A stretch of 64,000 nt of DNA, taken from positions 310,001 to 374,000 of the forward strand of contig MU057521.1 in the NCBI GenBank assembly GCA_013265495.1, in the 5' to 3' direction. This document shows positions 13,350 to 26,634 of this stretch, piece after piece. The stretch comes from Vicugna vicugna (lineage: Eukaryota). The position numbers were made by a program, and so were the translations under genes. Positions within the stretch are counted from its first letter, which is position 1; the number at the start of each line of letters is the position of its first letter. Under the pieces are notes generated by a model. That model was not told the DNA's origin, did no database searches, and saw only the letters and a program-made list of their open reading frames with translations.

Positions 13350-13580
13350 ACAGTCTATTCTAGACACTGTTCTAGAGTTTTAGAAATGCTGGTCATTTAA
13401 TTTTCTCAGTATGCTGAGGGGGAACCATAGTTAGGGTCTTTGTTCAGATGACAAAGTGAAGCACTGGTCCATTAAGCCACGCTCCCAAGACCACTCCGAC
13501 CGGAAGTGGCAGAGCTGGGCCTCGAACACCAACATTTTAGCTTCAGAGTCTGTGCTCTGGGCGGTTATGCTAATCTGCCT
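13350..13580 (-). mobile_element. MIR SINE
   Basis: cagatgacaaagtgaagcac...cccaagaccac...gaagtggcagagctgggcctcgaac. Confidence 0.65.
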
Positions 13581-14823
13581 CTCCATGAAATTACTTTTAC
13601 TTCTAGATACGTTTTATTTCAGAGCCTTGGGCACTGTAATGGAAAGCAATACTTCTAGGATCTTCTGGCTCAGAATTCCAAGGACAGAATTGTTTTCCTG
13701 AATCTGATCCCTGTGGGTAATCACCACCAACTCAAAGCAGCTCATTGGAATCAAGACAGAAGCACTTGTTTCCTGTGTTATCGACGGAAGGGAGTTACAG
13801 CCTGAGTATGACCATCAGTTAGGTACCGAAACCTTGAAGAGATGGACTTTTTTGTCATTTATTCATCAACAAATTTATCTCATAGAAAGCCGTTTTCTCT
13901 GTGAATCACCAATGGGGCAAGCCATAGTTCTCCCTGCGATGCTAGAGTAGACGCTACTGATTTCCACTCTATTAAAATAAGGAGGTAAAAAGGAGTATTA
14001 CCTATCAATTTTATCAAAATTACTTGATCATTTACTTGACAATAGCATGAAATTGTTATAATAAGTCAATTACTTGACATTAACATGAAAATGTTTGCAG
14101 AGGTACCATGCAGTTCGACATAATTTGGCCAATATTCACAAACTAATGGAGCTGAACAACCTTATGTGATGCATACAGTTTGGTTACCTCCTTTCCTTCA
14201 AAATTTATCATTCAAATACCGAAAGGTGCTTGAAATAGTACTTTTAAATAAGAAAATCTCTGCAGGATATAGCAAAAACACCAAATCAACTTTACTGTAC
14301 ATTTAAAATATAATTTCTAGTGTCTCAGGTAATTAACTTGATAGAATATTATTATAATAAGTCCACTGTGTAAAAAGGAACGTTTATTCTTGCTAATGAT
14401 TCTCCATAAGCCATGTGTGACAAAATATTTTTAAAAGACACAGTTAAAGGCGAATCTTAGCAATCTTTGAGACACAAATTACAAAACTGCCATCTAACAG
14501 ATGTGTCTGTGACAGGAAAGAAAAATAAACTTCCAAATATTCATGGGCATGTTTGCCCACCTTCCAAACGCAGTGTGCAACTGCTGTCTGCTGGAAAATC
14601 AAGTACCTACAAAGTGCAGTAACTGATTGACTGTGACTAAGGGCTGTGCCCAAGTTTTTGAAGCCTTCTTGAGGCTCCATAACAAAACACATATAACAAT
14701 GGCTGGTCACAAAGCTAACACTGACAATTAAGTTTCATGAACTAACTGAGACTCGCAACCTTCTGGTTTCCATTTTACAGTTCAGTTCTGCCAGATGGAG
14801 TAGGAAGAAAAATAACGTACATC

Positions 14824-14862
14824 ATTAAAATCAATGAAGTTATATCAACCCCAAACACCAAA

Positions 14863-14903
<41 letters not shown>

Positions 14904-15020
14904 AAAAAAAATTAAAATCAATGAAGTTATATCAACCCCAAACACCAAACAAAAAAAAAAAAAAGAAAGAAAGAAAGAAAAAAGAAAAGAAAAGAAGCAA
15001 GCAAGCAAACAAGAAAAGAA
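14824..15020 (+). repeat. Tandem duplication of a 40-bp unit, each copy followed by poly(A)/A-rich tract
   Basis: attaaaatcaatgaagttatatcaaccccaaacaccaaac identical at 14824-14863 and 14911-14950; A38 at 14864-14901. Confidence 0.95.
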
Positions 15021-15649
15021 ATCTCAATCGCATTTTCCCACATCCATAGCCAAAGTTAAATTCTTTAAGTCAGAACTTGGAAGCCTTAAAGAATAAATCT
15101 TAGCTATGATGCAAGAAGCTTCAAATAATCACTTAGATTAGGATAATATATAAGAATAACATATAAGAATTTAACTGGTTATCTATTAAGAGTCATATGT
15201 TACCTGAATTTAAAAAAAGGTGGGTAGTCATGAGGCTGTTTAAAACAATAATAAAAGGAACTTGAAATGATAAAATTGAAATAAAGACGTGTGCCCCTGA
15301 GGCAAGAGCAGATATGCCGGTCAGTAGAAAGAGACTGTAGCACAGAGTAGGCTCTCAATTATTTGTAGTTAATTAGTGGATTATTAACCACATAAAAGAT
15401 CCCTGATTTGCATCAGCATTTAATCTCTTGGTAAGGCATCACAAAGCGATGGGTAACTGACAACTGGAGAGCTACTAGGGAGCAGGAGGAATCAAGTTAT
15501 CACATTATTTCCTGAAATATGCCAGGTAATTAATTATGCTCGAGATGAGGGAAATAAATTTATATGAATAAATCCTATCTCTAGGTGGAATAGGACTTAT
15601 TTTATTATTATACTTTTTAAGTTAAAAAGGGAACATACATCTAATTCAG

Positions 15650-16560
15650 TCCACTGATTGCATGTAGTTTATTATGTCCTCCCCTGAAATTCCATTTAAA
15701 TCAGAAAATAAACATTAAGAACTCTAAGCAATCAAGCAAGTGTCAGAGGCTGGTAAAATAGTAAGAAATTTATGGGAAATATGAAACTAATGGGAACAAG
15801 TGAAGTATTGACAACTGAGGAAATCTCACACTGGTATCAAAGCGAGTCTGAAAGCAAAGACCCAGGAATAATCCCAAGAGAAGAGAAATATGCTGTATTT
15901 ATTTGTAAACATTACAGAAATAATGTAAATAAGGAGGGAAACATGATACTAGGAAGGAGAAAAAAGCTTAAGGATATAGAAATAAGATATGTATGAAACA
16001 GATGAAAAAATTTACTTTGATGAATAACTTCAGCAAGAATCAAGAAACTACACACACAGTCATGCATGTGTGTACATAAACACACATGGGCATATTTATA
16101 AAAGGAAACTATTAGCATTTGGGAAAATTAAAAATGTTTAATGAAATAATTTGAAATTTCTAGTTAGAAATATCAGAATGTAAAAGCTTAATGACATAAA
16201 AGATTCTGCCAAAGGATCTTTCCAAAACACATCCTCCAAAATATAGATATAGAAATATCTGTAAGATTTTCAGAAGGAAAGAATGGTGAGGATAGAATAT
16301 TCAAGGAAATAATTGTAACATACATTCCTGGGCTGAAGAAAAAGCACGTCTTCAGACAAGCAGAATCCACTCATCAAACAAGATAAATTAGAAAAATAAA
16401 ATAAAATTCAGATCTAGACACAGCCACACTCTCTCAAACATGCACACACACAGACATAAGCGAAATTTCAGAACTTTAAAGAGAAAAATCTTTAAAACCA
16501 AGATGGTAGAGAAGAAGAAGATGACTTACAAAGCAGTAGGGATCACACTGGTCTGATCCT
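15650..16560 (+). mobile_element. Decayed L1 5'/ORF1 region
   Basis: atattcaaggaaataattgtaaca...cttcagacaagcagaatccac...atctagacac...gaaatttcagaac. Confidence 0.55.
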
Positions 16561-17149
16561 TCAAAAGTGTGAAAGCTAAGTCAGCAGACCGATCGGAAAG
16601 AGCAGGGTAGGTCATTGTGACATTAACTCCAACAGCAACAACAAAATTAGTGACTTTCATAATAGTTTAATTTTTGCTCACAGTGCACGTCCACAGCAGG
16701 CTGGTGTTGCAGGTAGGGTGTTCTGCCTGTCCTGAACTCAGTGGCCCAAGCTAAATCTATGGAAGGTTTCAATAAAAGTGTATAAATGTTTACATGGATT
16801 AGAACATCCACCATTCAGCTTTTTCAGATACATATACAATTTTGAGAACAAATGTAATGCCATTTTCCTTTCTGAGTACCTTGGTCCCTAATAAACTCAA
16901 ACTCAAGCTATAATTTAACCTAAATGTACGTATTCTAACCAGTCACTGGGCTGCCTGTTTGGACCTGAGTGATCGAGGGGCATTGATGTCTTTTAAGTTA
17001 CCTGTGGATGTCACAGAGGGCCCCATTCTGAGCAATTAAGTACCATCTTGGCGGCTGAACCTGTTCTCATTTTGCAGATGCGACAGCTTCTGTATTCATG
17101 GGAAATGGATACTATCTGAATGCATCATGTAGTGCTAGTCAAGATCTCC

Positions 17150-17975
17150 TTTTAAAATAATTTATTGTGAAAAATTAAAGTTATCTCCTAACGTTTAAAA
17201 AGAACTACAACAGGCATCTTTGTTGCAACTTCCCCAACTCCAGTCGAAGAAACAGAACAAGACCGAAAGTTAAAAGCACATTGTGTACAACTTCCTCTTG
17301 CTAATGTCCACACCCCTCTTGTCTGTGAAAACCATTACTTTGAAATTGTATTTATGATTGCCATGCATATTTTATAATTTATTCTCTATTTATATATCAT
17401 TAGATAATGTAAGGGATTATTTCACATATTTAAAAACATATAAACGGTATCATACTGTACATATTATTCTGTTTTTTCTTCAGTAAAACTAGAATATATT
17501 TGAAAGATTTGGCTGTGTTAATGTGAAGCTTAGTTTATTCACTTTCACTGTGATACAGTATTATATGACTATGCTGCATTTTTCCATAATCCCCAATAGA
17601 TAGGCATAGATGTATCTTTTTATTATAAACAGTTACTATAAACATTTCTGTTTGTTCTTCCTATTAAGAGCTTCCTTTGAGTATGTGAGTAGAACTAAAG
17701 CTATGATACCTTTAGTTTGCTAGTTAATACAAAATGTTTTCCTAATTGATTTACACTCACATCGGCAGTTTATTCAAGTTTCTGATGCTCCATAGTCTTG
17801 TGAGCTCTTGGCATCGTCAGATTTTTTTTTTTAATTTTGGAGGTTAACTGATATTTTTATGCTAGTGAGATTCCATATCTATAAATCAGCAAGTTTCTCC
17901 TTTTGTTTGGGTCTTCTTTAATAGCTTTCAACAGAGTTTCATTATTTTTCATTAGATTTATTCCCAGGTAAACTA
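17150..17975 (-). mobile_element. Old L1 3' fragments
   Basis: taatttattgtgaaaa, ggtatcatactgtacatatt, gatttacactcacatcggcag, ttagattttattcccaggta. Confidence 0.65.
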
Positions 17976-19290
17976 TATTCAAGACAGCTTTAAAAACATA
18001 TGAATCTACAAAAAAGCTGTAAAAGTAAAGGTTCACTGTGGATACTATGAAAATATTTTAAAATACAAATAGAAATACTTTAGAAAGATTACAGAAATAT
18101 TTTAGCAGATTGCCACACTAAACAGGAATTTTGAGAGTATAATAACCCCCCAAAAAAAAGTTCCACGAAGAAATTATTCTATGAGAGGTGTGAAAGATGT
18201 GATTCCTCAAATTCTGAGAAGCAGCACTGGATTTCTTGAACTGTTAGATACATAAAGGTAAGATTTGGCAAGAACCAGGATGGTTACAAGACAGCACCAG
18301 AAAGCAAAAAGACAGACTAACTCTCAAATGAATAACTGCCAAATTCTCCTGAAGCAAACCACTGCGGTACAAACTGGCTGGGATATGAAATAAACACCAG
18401 TGGGAAAACTTCCCTTGAATGGCAGAGGCTGGGCGATTCATGCCTCATCTGTAACTATTATAATTACGGGAAAAAATAAAAGTGAGGCATGGATTGGAAT
18501 CCAGCCCTAAAGGACAGTTTGAGCCTCACCAAACAAATTTTGTACCATTGGTTCTTTCCATGGGTTATAAACACGACTTACTAATAATATGCATATGATT
18601 AAACATTGTTTTGAGCATTTGCTTTTCAAAAAGAATCATAGCATTCACCGGACTAGAAAAAAAATTAGTTTCTGTTTCCTACCTGGGACACTGCAACTTT
18701 TCCCTCCAGTGATACAGGAGCACATTTAATTGGAACCGTCATTCTTGAATTATGCAAGGCTTTTACCACTTATACAGAAACCTCACTCACCTAATTACAC
18801 CCACACTTCTGGACAAAAAGCACAAAATCGTAGCCAAGCTGCAACGTTATCTTTTAGGAAAGATACTAAACTGAGGTCATTGCATAATGTTAAGAAGCAA
18901 GATGATCCGCTAACGCAGCCAGGAGCACAGGGTCCTGAGAACAAGGCAATGGCCGCATGAGAGAGACAGCATCTCCCAAACCACTGGGATAGAAGTGTCC
19001 TAAGGCTCACACTCTCCACTGAGTCGCTCATTTTCCTTCTGACCATACTTTTCTTCTTTACAGATTTAAGCCTTGACACTTCTGATTTAGCCCATTACAC
19101 TCTGCTTATTAATAAAAATGACTTGTTTAAGCTTTACCAAAAGCAATCATCACCCTAAATCTATACTTCAGTTCTCTCTGCCATTTTTAGTACAATTAAA
19201 ACAATGATATAAAGATACGTTACACTAACCTTACCAACAGTGACACATTACATACTTAGACAATAAATAACTGAAGGAAGAAGTCCTTAC

Positions 19291-19338
19291 CCCAGAAAAA
19301 GTGCAACGTGCAAAAATGACTGTTTATCAAAACAACAC
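19291..19338 (-). other. Candidate 48-nt exon
   Basis: Minus strand: gtattgtttgtctccag acceptor, GGG|GTAAGG donor. Confidence 0.3.
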
Positions 19339-19844
19339 CTGGAGACAAACAATACACTCGAAGTGCCTGAGGTGTTTCTTTTTTTCCCCCTTCTGTGTGG
19401 GATCATGCCTTTCAACGGTAAACCAGAATGAAAGCTAATTATTCTGAGGGACTATTAATTAGATTTTTCCACAATTTAAGACTTGCCAATACCTTTACTA
19501 AAAAGCATCTCCTTACGAAAAGGCCACAGGAATAAAGCTCTTGCTGGGAATACAAATAATGACTGATGAAACGAACTCCTAAAGATACCAAATTCAGTAA
19601 TGGACTTGAAGAATTCAAGGTGATCTTAAAAAAATCTTAAAAAAACCCTCAGTTTGGCTGGTAGAGTAAGATAGTCCAAGCCTGTGGGCACAACAAACTG
19701 GTTAAATATTCTTATTTATGGATAAGACAATATACAAATAGTAATAGATAATATAATAGTATTGCATTTTCTTTTGGTTAGTGAGTGGGCAGTCTGCACC
19801 ATTCCTAATACTTTGTGTTGACCTGCATTAACATCACATGGAGG

Positions 19845-19848
<4 letters not shown>

Positions 19849-19892
<44 letters not shown>

Positions 19893-19898
19893 CGTGTG
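19849..19898. repeat. (TG)n microsatellite with TGCG interruption
   Basis: Directly visible. Confidence 0.95.
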
Positions 19899-20127
19899 CT
19901 TAGGGATAGGGGAATTACTCAGTGGAAACTATAAAGCCTTAAAGGCATTTGGAAGTTAACAAAGATTAAAGAAAGAAGAGATGAAGAGGTCAACATAAGA
20001 AGCCAGAAGAACAATAACGTATCTTAAAGGAAAAGAAAAAAATTATGAAGATAAATGCAAAAATCAGTAAAACATCTTTATCTATTTTTGCTATATACTC
20101 TATAAAATGAGTGATATGATCAAGAAT

Positions 20128-20199
20128 CTTTTGTATTAAAGTATAGTTAATTTACAGTGTTGTGTTAGTTTCTAGTATACAGCATAGTGATTCATTTAT

Positions 20200-20235
<36 letters not shown>

Positions 20236-20430
20236 TCCACTTCATATTCTTTTTCATTACAGGCCATTACAAGGCATTGCATATAGTTCCCTGTGCTATA
20301 CAGTAGGACCTTCTATATATAATAGTATCTGCAAATCTTGAACCCCCAATTTATCCCTTCCCACCCGTCTCCCGCACCCTGGTAACCGTAAGTTTGTTTT
20401 ATATGTCTGTGAGTCTGTCTTCAGTTTTGT
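20128..20430 (-). mobile_element. Artiodactyl-type L1 3'UTR with internal (CA)n(TA)n
   Basis: gtatagttaatttacagtgttgtgttagtttctagtatacagcatagtgattca...tatagttccctgtgctatacagtaggacctt...ggtaaccgtaagtttgttt. Confidence 0.85.
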
Positions 20431-20570
20431 TTTTATTAACTTTTTTTTGCTCATCTAAATGTTTGGTTTCCTGAATGGATTCTTCTGCATGACTAAGAGA
20501 TCAACCTTTTTTAGATCTTGAACAAGAATTCAAGGAAACAAGTAAAATGAAGCCTATTAAGGAAGAGAAA

Positions 20571-20901
20571 CGGGCTAAAACTCTAAAAATAGGAATCATA
20601 CACGTTTTTGATGCCTTGGTGATTGTCAATTCGTATGTTCTTGGGGGTACATTTTGTTCTAACGCAGGGTATTAATCCGAAAGTCACTACAAACAGAAAA
20701 CATAAATGTGTTTGTAATAATGAGAGACCCCGATGAGCAGCCTCAGATCTACGGAGAACAACAACGCCCTGCGATAGCACGTGATTCCGGATCATGGTTG
20801 TTCCGGGTGTTTAGAATGGTGACTCCCCGGAACAGATTTTCACCAAGATGAGATGACTTTTCATGAAATGTCATTTTAAATGACATCAGTCCTTTTACCC
20901 G
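20571..20901. promoter_or_regulatory. CpG-retaining patch with E-box and ETS cores
   Basis: 14 CpGs in about 330 bp; CACGTG 20778-20783; CCGGAA cores at 20785, 20801 (minus) and 20827 (plus). Confidence 0.4.
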
Positions 20902-22339
20902 ATTTTAAACAAGTGGGATAAGTTGTGAAAAAGTGAATAAACTCTTCAGAAAATATAAGTTTCGTTATTCCTTTCTCCTACTAATTATCTTTAAGCTGCT
21001 TTCACTATCATTTGATGCCAGATACTTGGGGTTCTACTTTTTCAGAACTCATACCTTCAAACTTAGGCCACAGTCAGAGAAGGGACTGAACCCTGATTTA
21101 AGGGAGAACAGTTAAGAATATGTATAAAATCTATTTCTCTAGGGCTCTCTCTCTCTCTCCCTCCCTCCTTCCTTGTAGCTACAGAAGAAAACTGTAGAGT
21201 CCATCTAATAAAACTGGAGCTTTAGCAACCCCCCAAATTAGGGCAGCTCAGTTGCAGTCATTCTAATTCACAGTACAAGTGGGCCAGCAAGAGACCTTTG
21301 GAATACCTGAAAATTTCTGTGCCACTCAGGGTGTTTAGAAGGAAATACCTGATGCTGGTCAGAGTTAATCAATGTTCCGAACTTCCTCTTTATCTCAGAA
21401 AAACTCTACGGGGGAAAGAAGCTCCCTTCAAGGTCTGATGTTTCCTTTTAGGGCTTATCACCCACAAAGCAGTCGACAGTTAAAGAAGCAACTTGCTAAT
21501 CAGAAGATAAATTATTAGCTTAAGGAGAAATTGAAGTGCAGAACCAAACAGGGAAACATCATAATCTAAGTTAAAACCCTCCTGGAAGGGATCCCGAGCC
21601 AGTAAAGAGAAATACACTAGGGACGTGAAGAAACCTTCGATAACTCTTTTTTGAAAATGTTTGGGGAGTCTTGTTAGAGAACATTTTCAACAAACTGGGG
21701 TTATAAAAGGAGAGCAGAGAGTCACTTGGAGAGCTCAGAGTTACTTGCTTGAACTCACTTGGCAAACTGAAGAACTCTGGAAAACGCAGTTCTTTAATTC
21801 TGGAACAATCACAATAAAGAACCCGATCCAAACAGACATACTGATCAATCTATTCCAAAATTGATGTTTCAGGAAGGTGCCCTAAATGTCACTGGTGTGA
21901 ATCACAATGAGATACTTAAAACGCAGCAGTTCATTGGGATTTGTTTTATAAAAATAACACTGAAGATGAGTAAGACTTACTATTTCAATCTGAAAAATAT
22001 TACCTCCTCAGCCAAAGCACGGCGAAAGTATGCTTTTAAAAAATCCATCTTGAGTATGTAATTTTCTACCCAAATATGACAGATGGCTTTCCTCAAATAA
22101 TTGCACTAGGTAAGATAATAGTTGGAATGCAGTTTCTCCGGATGCAGTGCCACATATCAAAGGATTTCACCTTCGGAGGACATGAGGATGAATTGACTCA
22201 CAGTCATTAAGTTTCCAAGATGTACACAATACTGTTGGAGACTTTATTGGATGCATAAAACCATTAAGATGAAGGTTTATGGTAGTCATAGTCGGAGACA
22301 TTTCTAGGTCAGGGCCAAATTTCCATTGTCAAGTCTTAC

Positions 22340-22456
22340 CATGTTCCAGATGAACGTGGTATAATAATACACACATTGAGAAAAAGGGAAATTCAGATAT
22401 TTTAGTCAATTCCTTTTTTCCCCTTCAAGTTTGGTTCCTTATCAGCTTGTGAAAAG
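22340..22456 (-). other. Candidate 117-nt exon
   Basis: Minus strand: tctctgttactttccaacag acceptor, ATG|GTAAGA donor. Confidence 0.25.
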
Positions 22457-23214
22457 CTGTTGGAAAGTAACAGAGATTTTGCTGCCAGGTCTGAACTGCA
22501 GGGGTGGAATTGGCAGTAGTAAAACCAAAAAGATTGAGCAAATAAAAGATAATATAGATTGTCTCCTGTTGTGTCTGTTTTCAAATTACTGTGTTTAAAT
22601 GAACTTCTTTTTTAGCAAACTGTCTTTAGTCTCTTCCTTCCTGGCCTCCAGTGACCTTTCACTGATTCTTTATCTCCTTTGTGCCTCAAAGCATCTGAAA
22701 CTTTGATCTTTCAAAAGTTTTATGTGAATAAATACAACACAGTCTTGTTGGATAAGGAGTTTGATCAGGATTTATGAACTCTTTGGGCAACAGAATATAG
22801 TTCTACATAATGCCTTTATTTGATGCATTCATAAAAATAAAAATAATTTTAAAAGGTATTAAAAATCTAACAGTAAATGTAGTGCATTTCATCTCTAGAA
22901 GAGGGGTGATGATACTGGAATAAGATCGGCTTTTCACGTGGTCTGTAATATCAATTTCAGCTTGTTACAGTCACTTTTCAGAGAGTAACAGGATTCCTCC
23001 CCGTATCTGTTTGATAAGGAGCAACGTGCCTTCAAAGAGAAAACCAGCACTTAGGGAAGAGAAAATGCTTAACAATAGTAATACTTCTTCCAAATCATAC
23101 AACAGGGAAATGCAAATACCGGACTATTTTGATCAATGAAAAATGGTAATATTTTGCTGCAGTATTTGGAAGGGCAAGTGCCCCCTGTCTGCACAGCCCT
23201 GAGTCTTTTTCAAA

Positions 23215-24170
23215 ATTATCTTTTGCTATTTTTATTTCCTTTCTTACAATTTTTATTACAGTTGCATTACATTTCCGGAATCATTTTGGGAGAATTGATG
23301 TAACAAAGTTATTGGGTAGTTGCATGAATGAATATATACATCTCTGTATCTATTTAGGTCATTTATATTTTTTTAAAGAATTTTAAAATGTCCTTCATAT
23401 AGGCTATATTAGTTTCCTGTGGCTGTCGTGAAAAAAAAATGACCATAAACTCTCTGGTTTCAAACAGAAATTTATTGTCTCACAGCTCTGGGGTTCAGAA
23501 GTCTAAAATCACAGTGTCTGCGGGTCTGGGCTAACTTTCTGGCTAACTAACGCCAGGAGCATCTATTGAGTTCTTTCACTCTGTTAGCTTTAGGAGATTG
23601 TAGGAATTCCTTGATTTGTAGCCTTGTGGACCTATCACTCCAATCTGTGCCTTCATGGTCACATCACCTCCTCCTCTGTGTGTCTGTTACCAGGACACCT
23701 GTCACTGGATTAAAGGTCCACTGGTAAATTCAGGATGACGTCCTCATTTCAAGATCCTTAACAGTTACATTGCAAAGACCCTTTATCCAAACAAGGTAAC
23801 ATTCACGTGTTCTAGATATTTCACATGAATATCTCTTGGGGTGGAGATGGGGGACATTTTGGGGTCTATTAAAGAGGACGTGCACATTTCTATTAGATTT
23901 TATTCCTAGTCGTATTATATTTTTTCCCCTAATTTGTAGCTGTTTGTATAGAGGAAGGGTATTAGTTACCTATCCAGTAATTTGCTAAACTTTCATAATA
24001 GTCTTAATATGAGCCTTTATCAGATTTTTTGGAGTGAATCGTATTATGTCAAGTAAATAAGTTGTATTCTTCTTTTCTATGTTTATACTACGTAATTATA
24101 TTTACCTAATATGATATTAAATACAAATAGTAATAGTGGCTATCCTTGGCTTTTTCTTGATGTAATTCTC
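23215..24170 (-). mobile_element. Old L1 ORF2 fragment interrupted by MLT1 LTR
   Basis: ttttgggagaattgatg, tgcacatttctattagattttattcctag, aatagtaatagtggctatccttg. Confidence 0.6.
23406..23875 (-). mobile_element. MaLR LTR (MLT1B/C-like)
   Basis: tattagtttcctgtggctg...aaacagaaatttattgtctcacagctctgggg...gcaaagaccctttatccaaacaaggtaacattcac. Confidence 0.85.
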
Positions 24171-24179
24171 AAGCCAACA

Positions 24180-24370
24180 GTAAAAGTTAACACACAGTAT
24201 TTATTATGTGTCTGCCATTGTTCTAAGTATGTAAGTTCTAAATATATGTATATGTATACCTAATATATCTATATCTATAAGTTGACATACTCATTTAAGC
24301 CTCACAAGAACAATTTGAGGCACCATCATGATACATATTGCACAGATGAGGAAACCGAGACATACCAAGA
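24180..24370 (-). mobile_element. MIR SINE
   Basis: ctcatttaagcctcacaagaac...cacagatgaggaaaccgagac. Confidence 0.7.
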
Positions 24371-24429
24371 TCTATGTTAGGTTCATTCTGACTTAATTTT
24401 GACGTAACAGAGCAAATCTGCTCCAATCT

Positions 24430-26050
24430 GGTTTCTCTCCCCCCATCCTTTTTCTGATATTGTAATAGGTATCACACATATATAAGGTTTACATTCAACA
24501 ATAGAATATTATAACTTGTTTTCAACAACCTTGTGGTTTTTAAAAAAATGAAGAGAAGAGAATGCAGATGTACATATAGCCTTCTATATTTGCCCACACG
24601 TTTACTGTTACTATTTCTGATGCTCTTCATTTCTTCCTGTAGACTCACCTTACTGTCCAGTGTCATTTCCTTCCATCCTGAAGGACTTCCTTTAGTGTTT
24701 CTTGTAGGGCAGATCTGCTATCAATGAATATGCATTCTCTCAGCTTTTGTCTGTTTGGGAATGTCTTTATTTTCAAAGGATAGCTTCCCTGGATTTAAAA
24801 TTGGGGGTTAACTCATTTTGCTTCTAGCACTTTGATAATGTCATTCCACTGCCTTCTGTTGTCCAATTTTTCAGAAGAGAAGTCAGCTAAACTTCTTATT
24901 TTTGTTCCTGTATGTGATCAGATTTCTTTGTTGCTTTCAAGCTGTCTGTCTTTGTCTTTCAGGAGTTTGATTATGATGTATCCAGGAGTGGCTGTCTGTG
25001 TTTAACATACTTAAGGTGTGTTGCGCTCCCTTGATCTGCAGATTAATCATTTTCATCAATTGAGAGCCACTGTAGCTTTAATTTTCCTAACCTTTGTCTC
25101 CTCCCTCCTCTTTTGTGACCAGCACTGCACATCAATTGGTATGCTTGGCATTTTCCACAGGTCTCTGGACTCCAATCTATATTTTAGATTTTTTGTTTAG
25201 TTTTGATTTTTTGTAACTTTCCTAGATGTAAACTGTGGAATCTGCCTCCCATGTAGTGTTTTTCTCCTGATGTCTCTACTCAGTTGTTTTATTCTTATTT
25301 TTAATTTCAGACTGCCTTTCTAGTGACTTGCCCTGTGTCTGCATAGCTCAGTGGTCAACCAGTGAATTAGGCAAAAGTTATACTTAAACACCTGAGTCAG
25401 TAAGGTTTCCCACCACTGTTCCGTCTGAGTCAAGGTTGAGAGGTGCATTCGAAATTGAGCTATTTCTCAACTCTCCTTTGGCTTTTATTTTCTGCCAGGC
25501 TCTCTTGGGTCTCTCTGTTCATGCAGTGTCCTAGACAGGCAGGGATATGCCATGAGTTTGTTTAACTCACCTCTGGCTCTCAGTCTCCAGGATCTCTCTG
25601 TTAAATTTCTGGTTGTTCTGTTACTCACCACAATTAAGACAATAACCTCAGGCTAACAAAGTTGCAGGTTCCCTCCGTTCATTTTCTAGTTGTCACATTT
25701 AGCTGACAGTGATACCAGTTTTTGCCTTCCATCCCAAATTAAATCCAGCCTCTTTAGAAGCACAAGCTGCTAGGGTTTGCATCCAGAAACATGTTGGTAA
25801 AGTCCCTGTTCTCACCAACTGAGCTATGGGTTGGGGGATGGATAGGGCAGCTAGCTCTATACAAGAAGTCCACAGACTCCCAGTGTTCTTCCCAAAAATC
25901 AAGCTGTTTTTTAAAAAATAAATACTTAATTTTTGTTTACCTATGGTCAATCTCCAGAGCCCTAAAATGGTTGTTCTTACCAATTTTTGCCAATTTTATA
26001 TTTATTTTTAGGGAAACCATTTTCTGACTTCTTCATATATCATAGCTGGT
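24430..26050 (-). mobile_element. Old L1 5'/ORF1 region
   Basis: ctgaaggacttcctttagtgtttcttgtagggcagatctgcta, gtcattccactgccttctg, gagaagtcagct. Confidence 0.75.
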
Positions 26051-26634
26051 AATTACAGTCAACAGTATAATTTTGAATTACCTCCAGTGCTCAATTCAAC
26101 AAATTACATAGAGATAGACATAAATATATGTCTATATACATTATAGACCAAACTACATAGGTAGTTTTGTATCAGTATTTATTATATAAAAAAACAGGGC
26201 TCAAAATGTATCACGTACATTATATCTAAGCTGAGTAACTGGTGGAGCCAAACATGAAATAAGGTTTTCTGAATCCAAATGCTGTGCTTTTTACATTATA
26301 TCATGATATAATATATCATACATTATATCATGCCCTTTAAGTCAGAATCCCAATTAGAGATCCTCTTGAAACCAAAGAATTAGTGTGATCCCATGGAGTA
26401 GATGGAGATATCCAACCAGCAGACAACAGTCTTACTTCTTTTATTGCCAACTTGATTGCTGTGACCAGAGGACAAACGTAGAATCCTGTGTAGGAAAGGG
26501 TTAGTAATCTCTCCTTTTCATAGTCATTTACTGACATGTCCATAAGCAATTCACTTCATCTGCCATTTTCCCTCTACTTTCCCTGTATCTCCAAAAAATT
26601 AGAGCCATAAGTAAATTCAAAACTCGGTCTTCAT

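Noticed and set aside
14775..15049. Poly-Lys and poly-Phe ORFs
   Set aside because: Translation of poly(A) tracts
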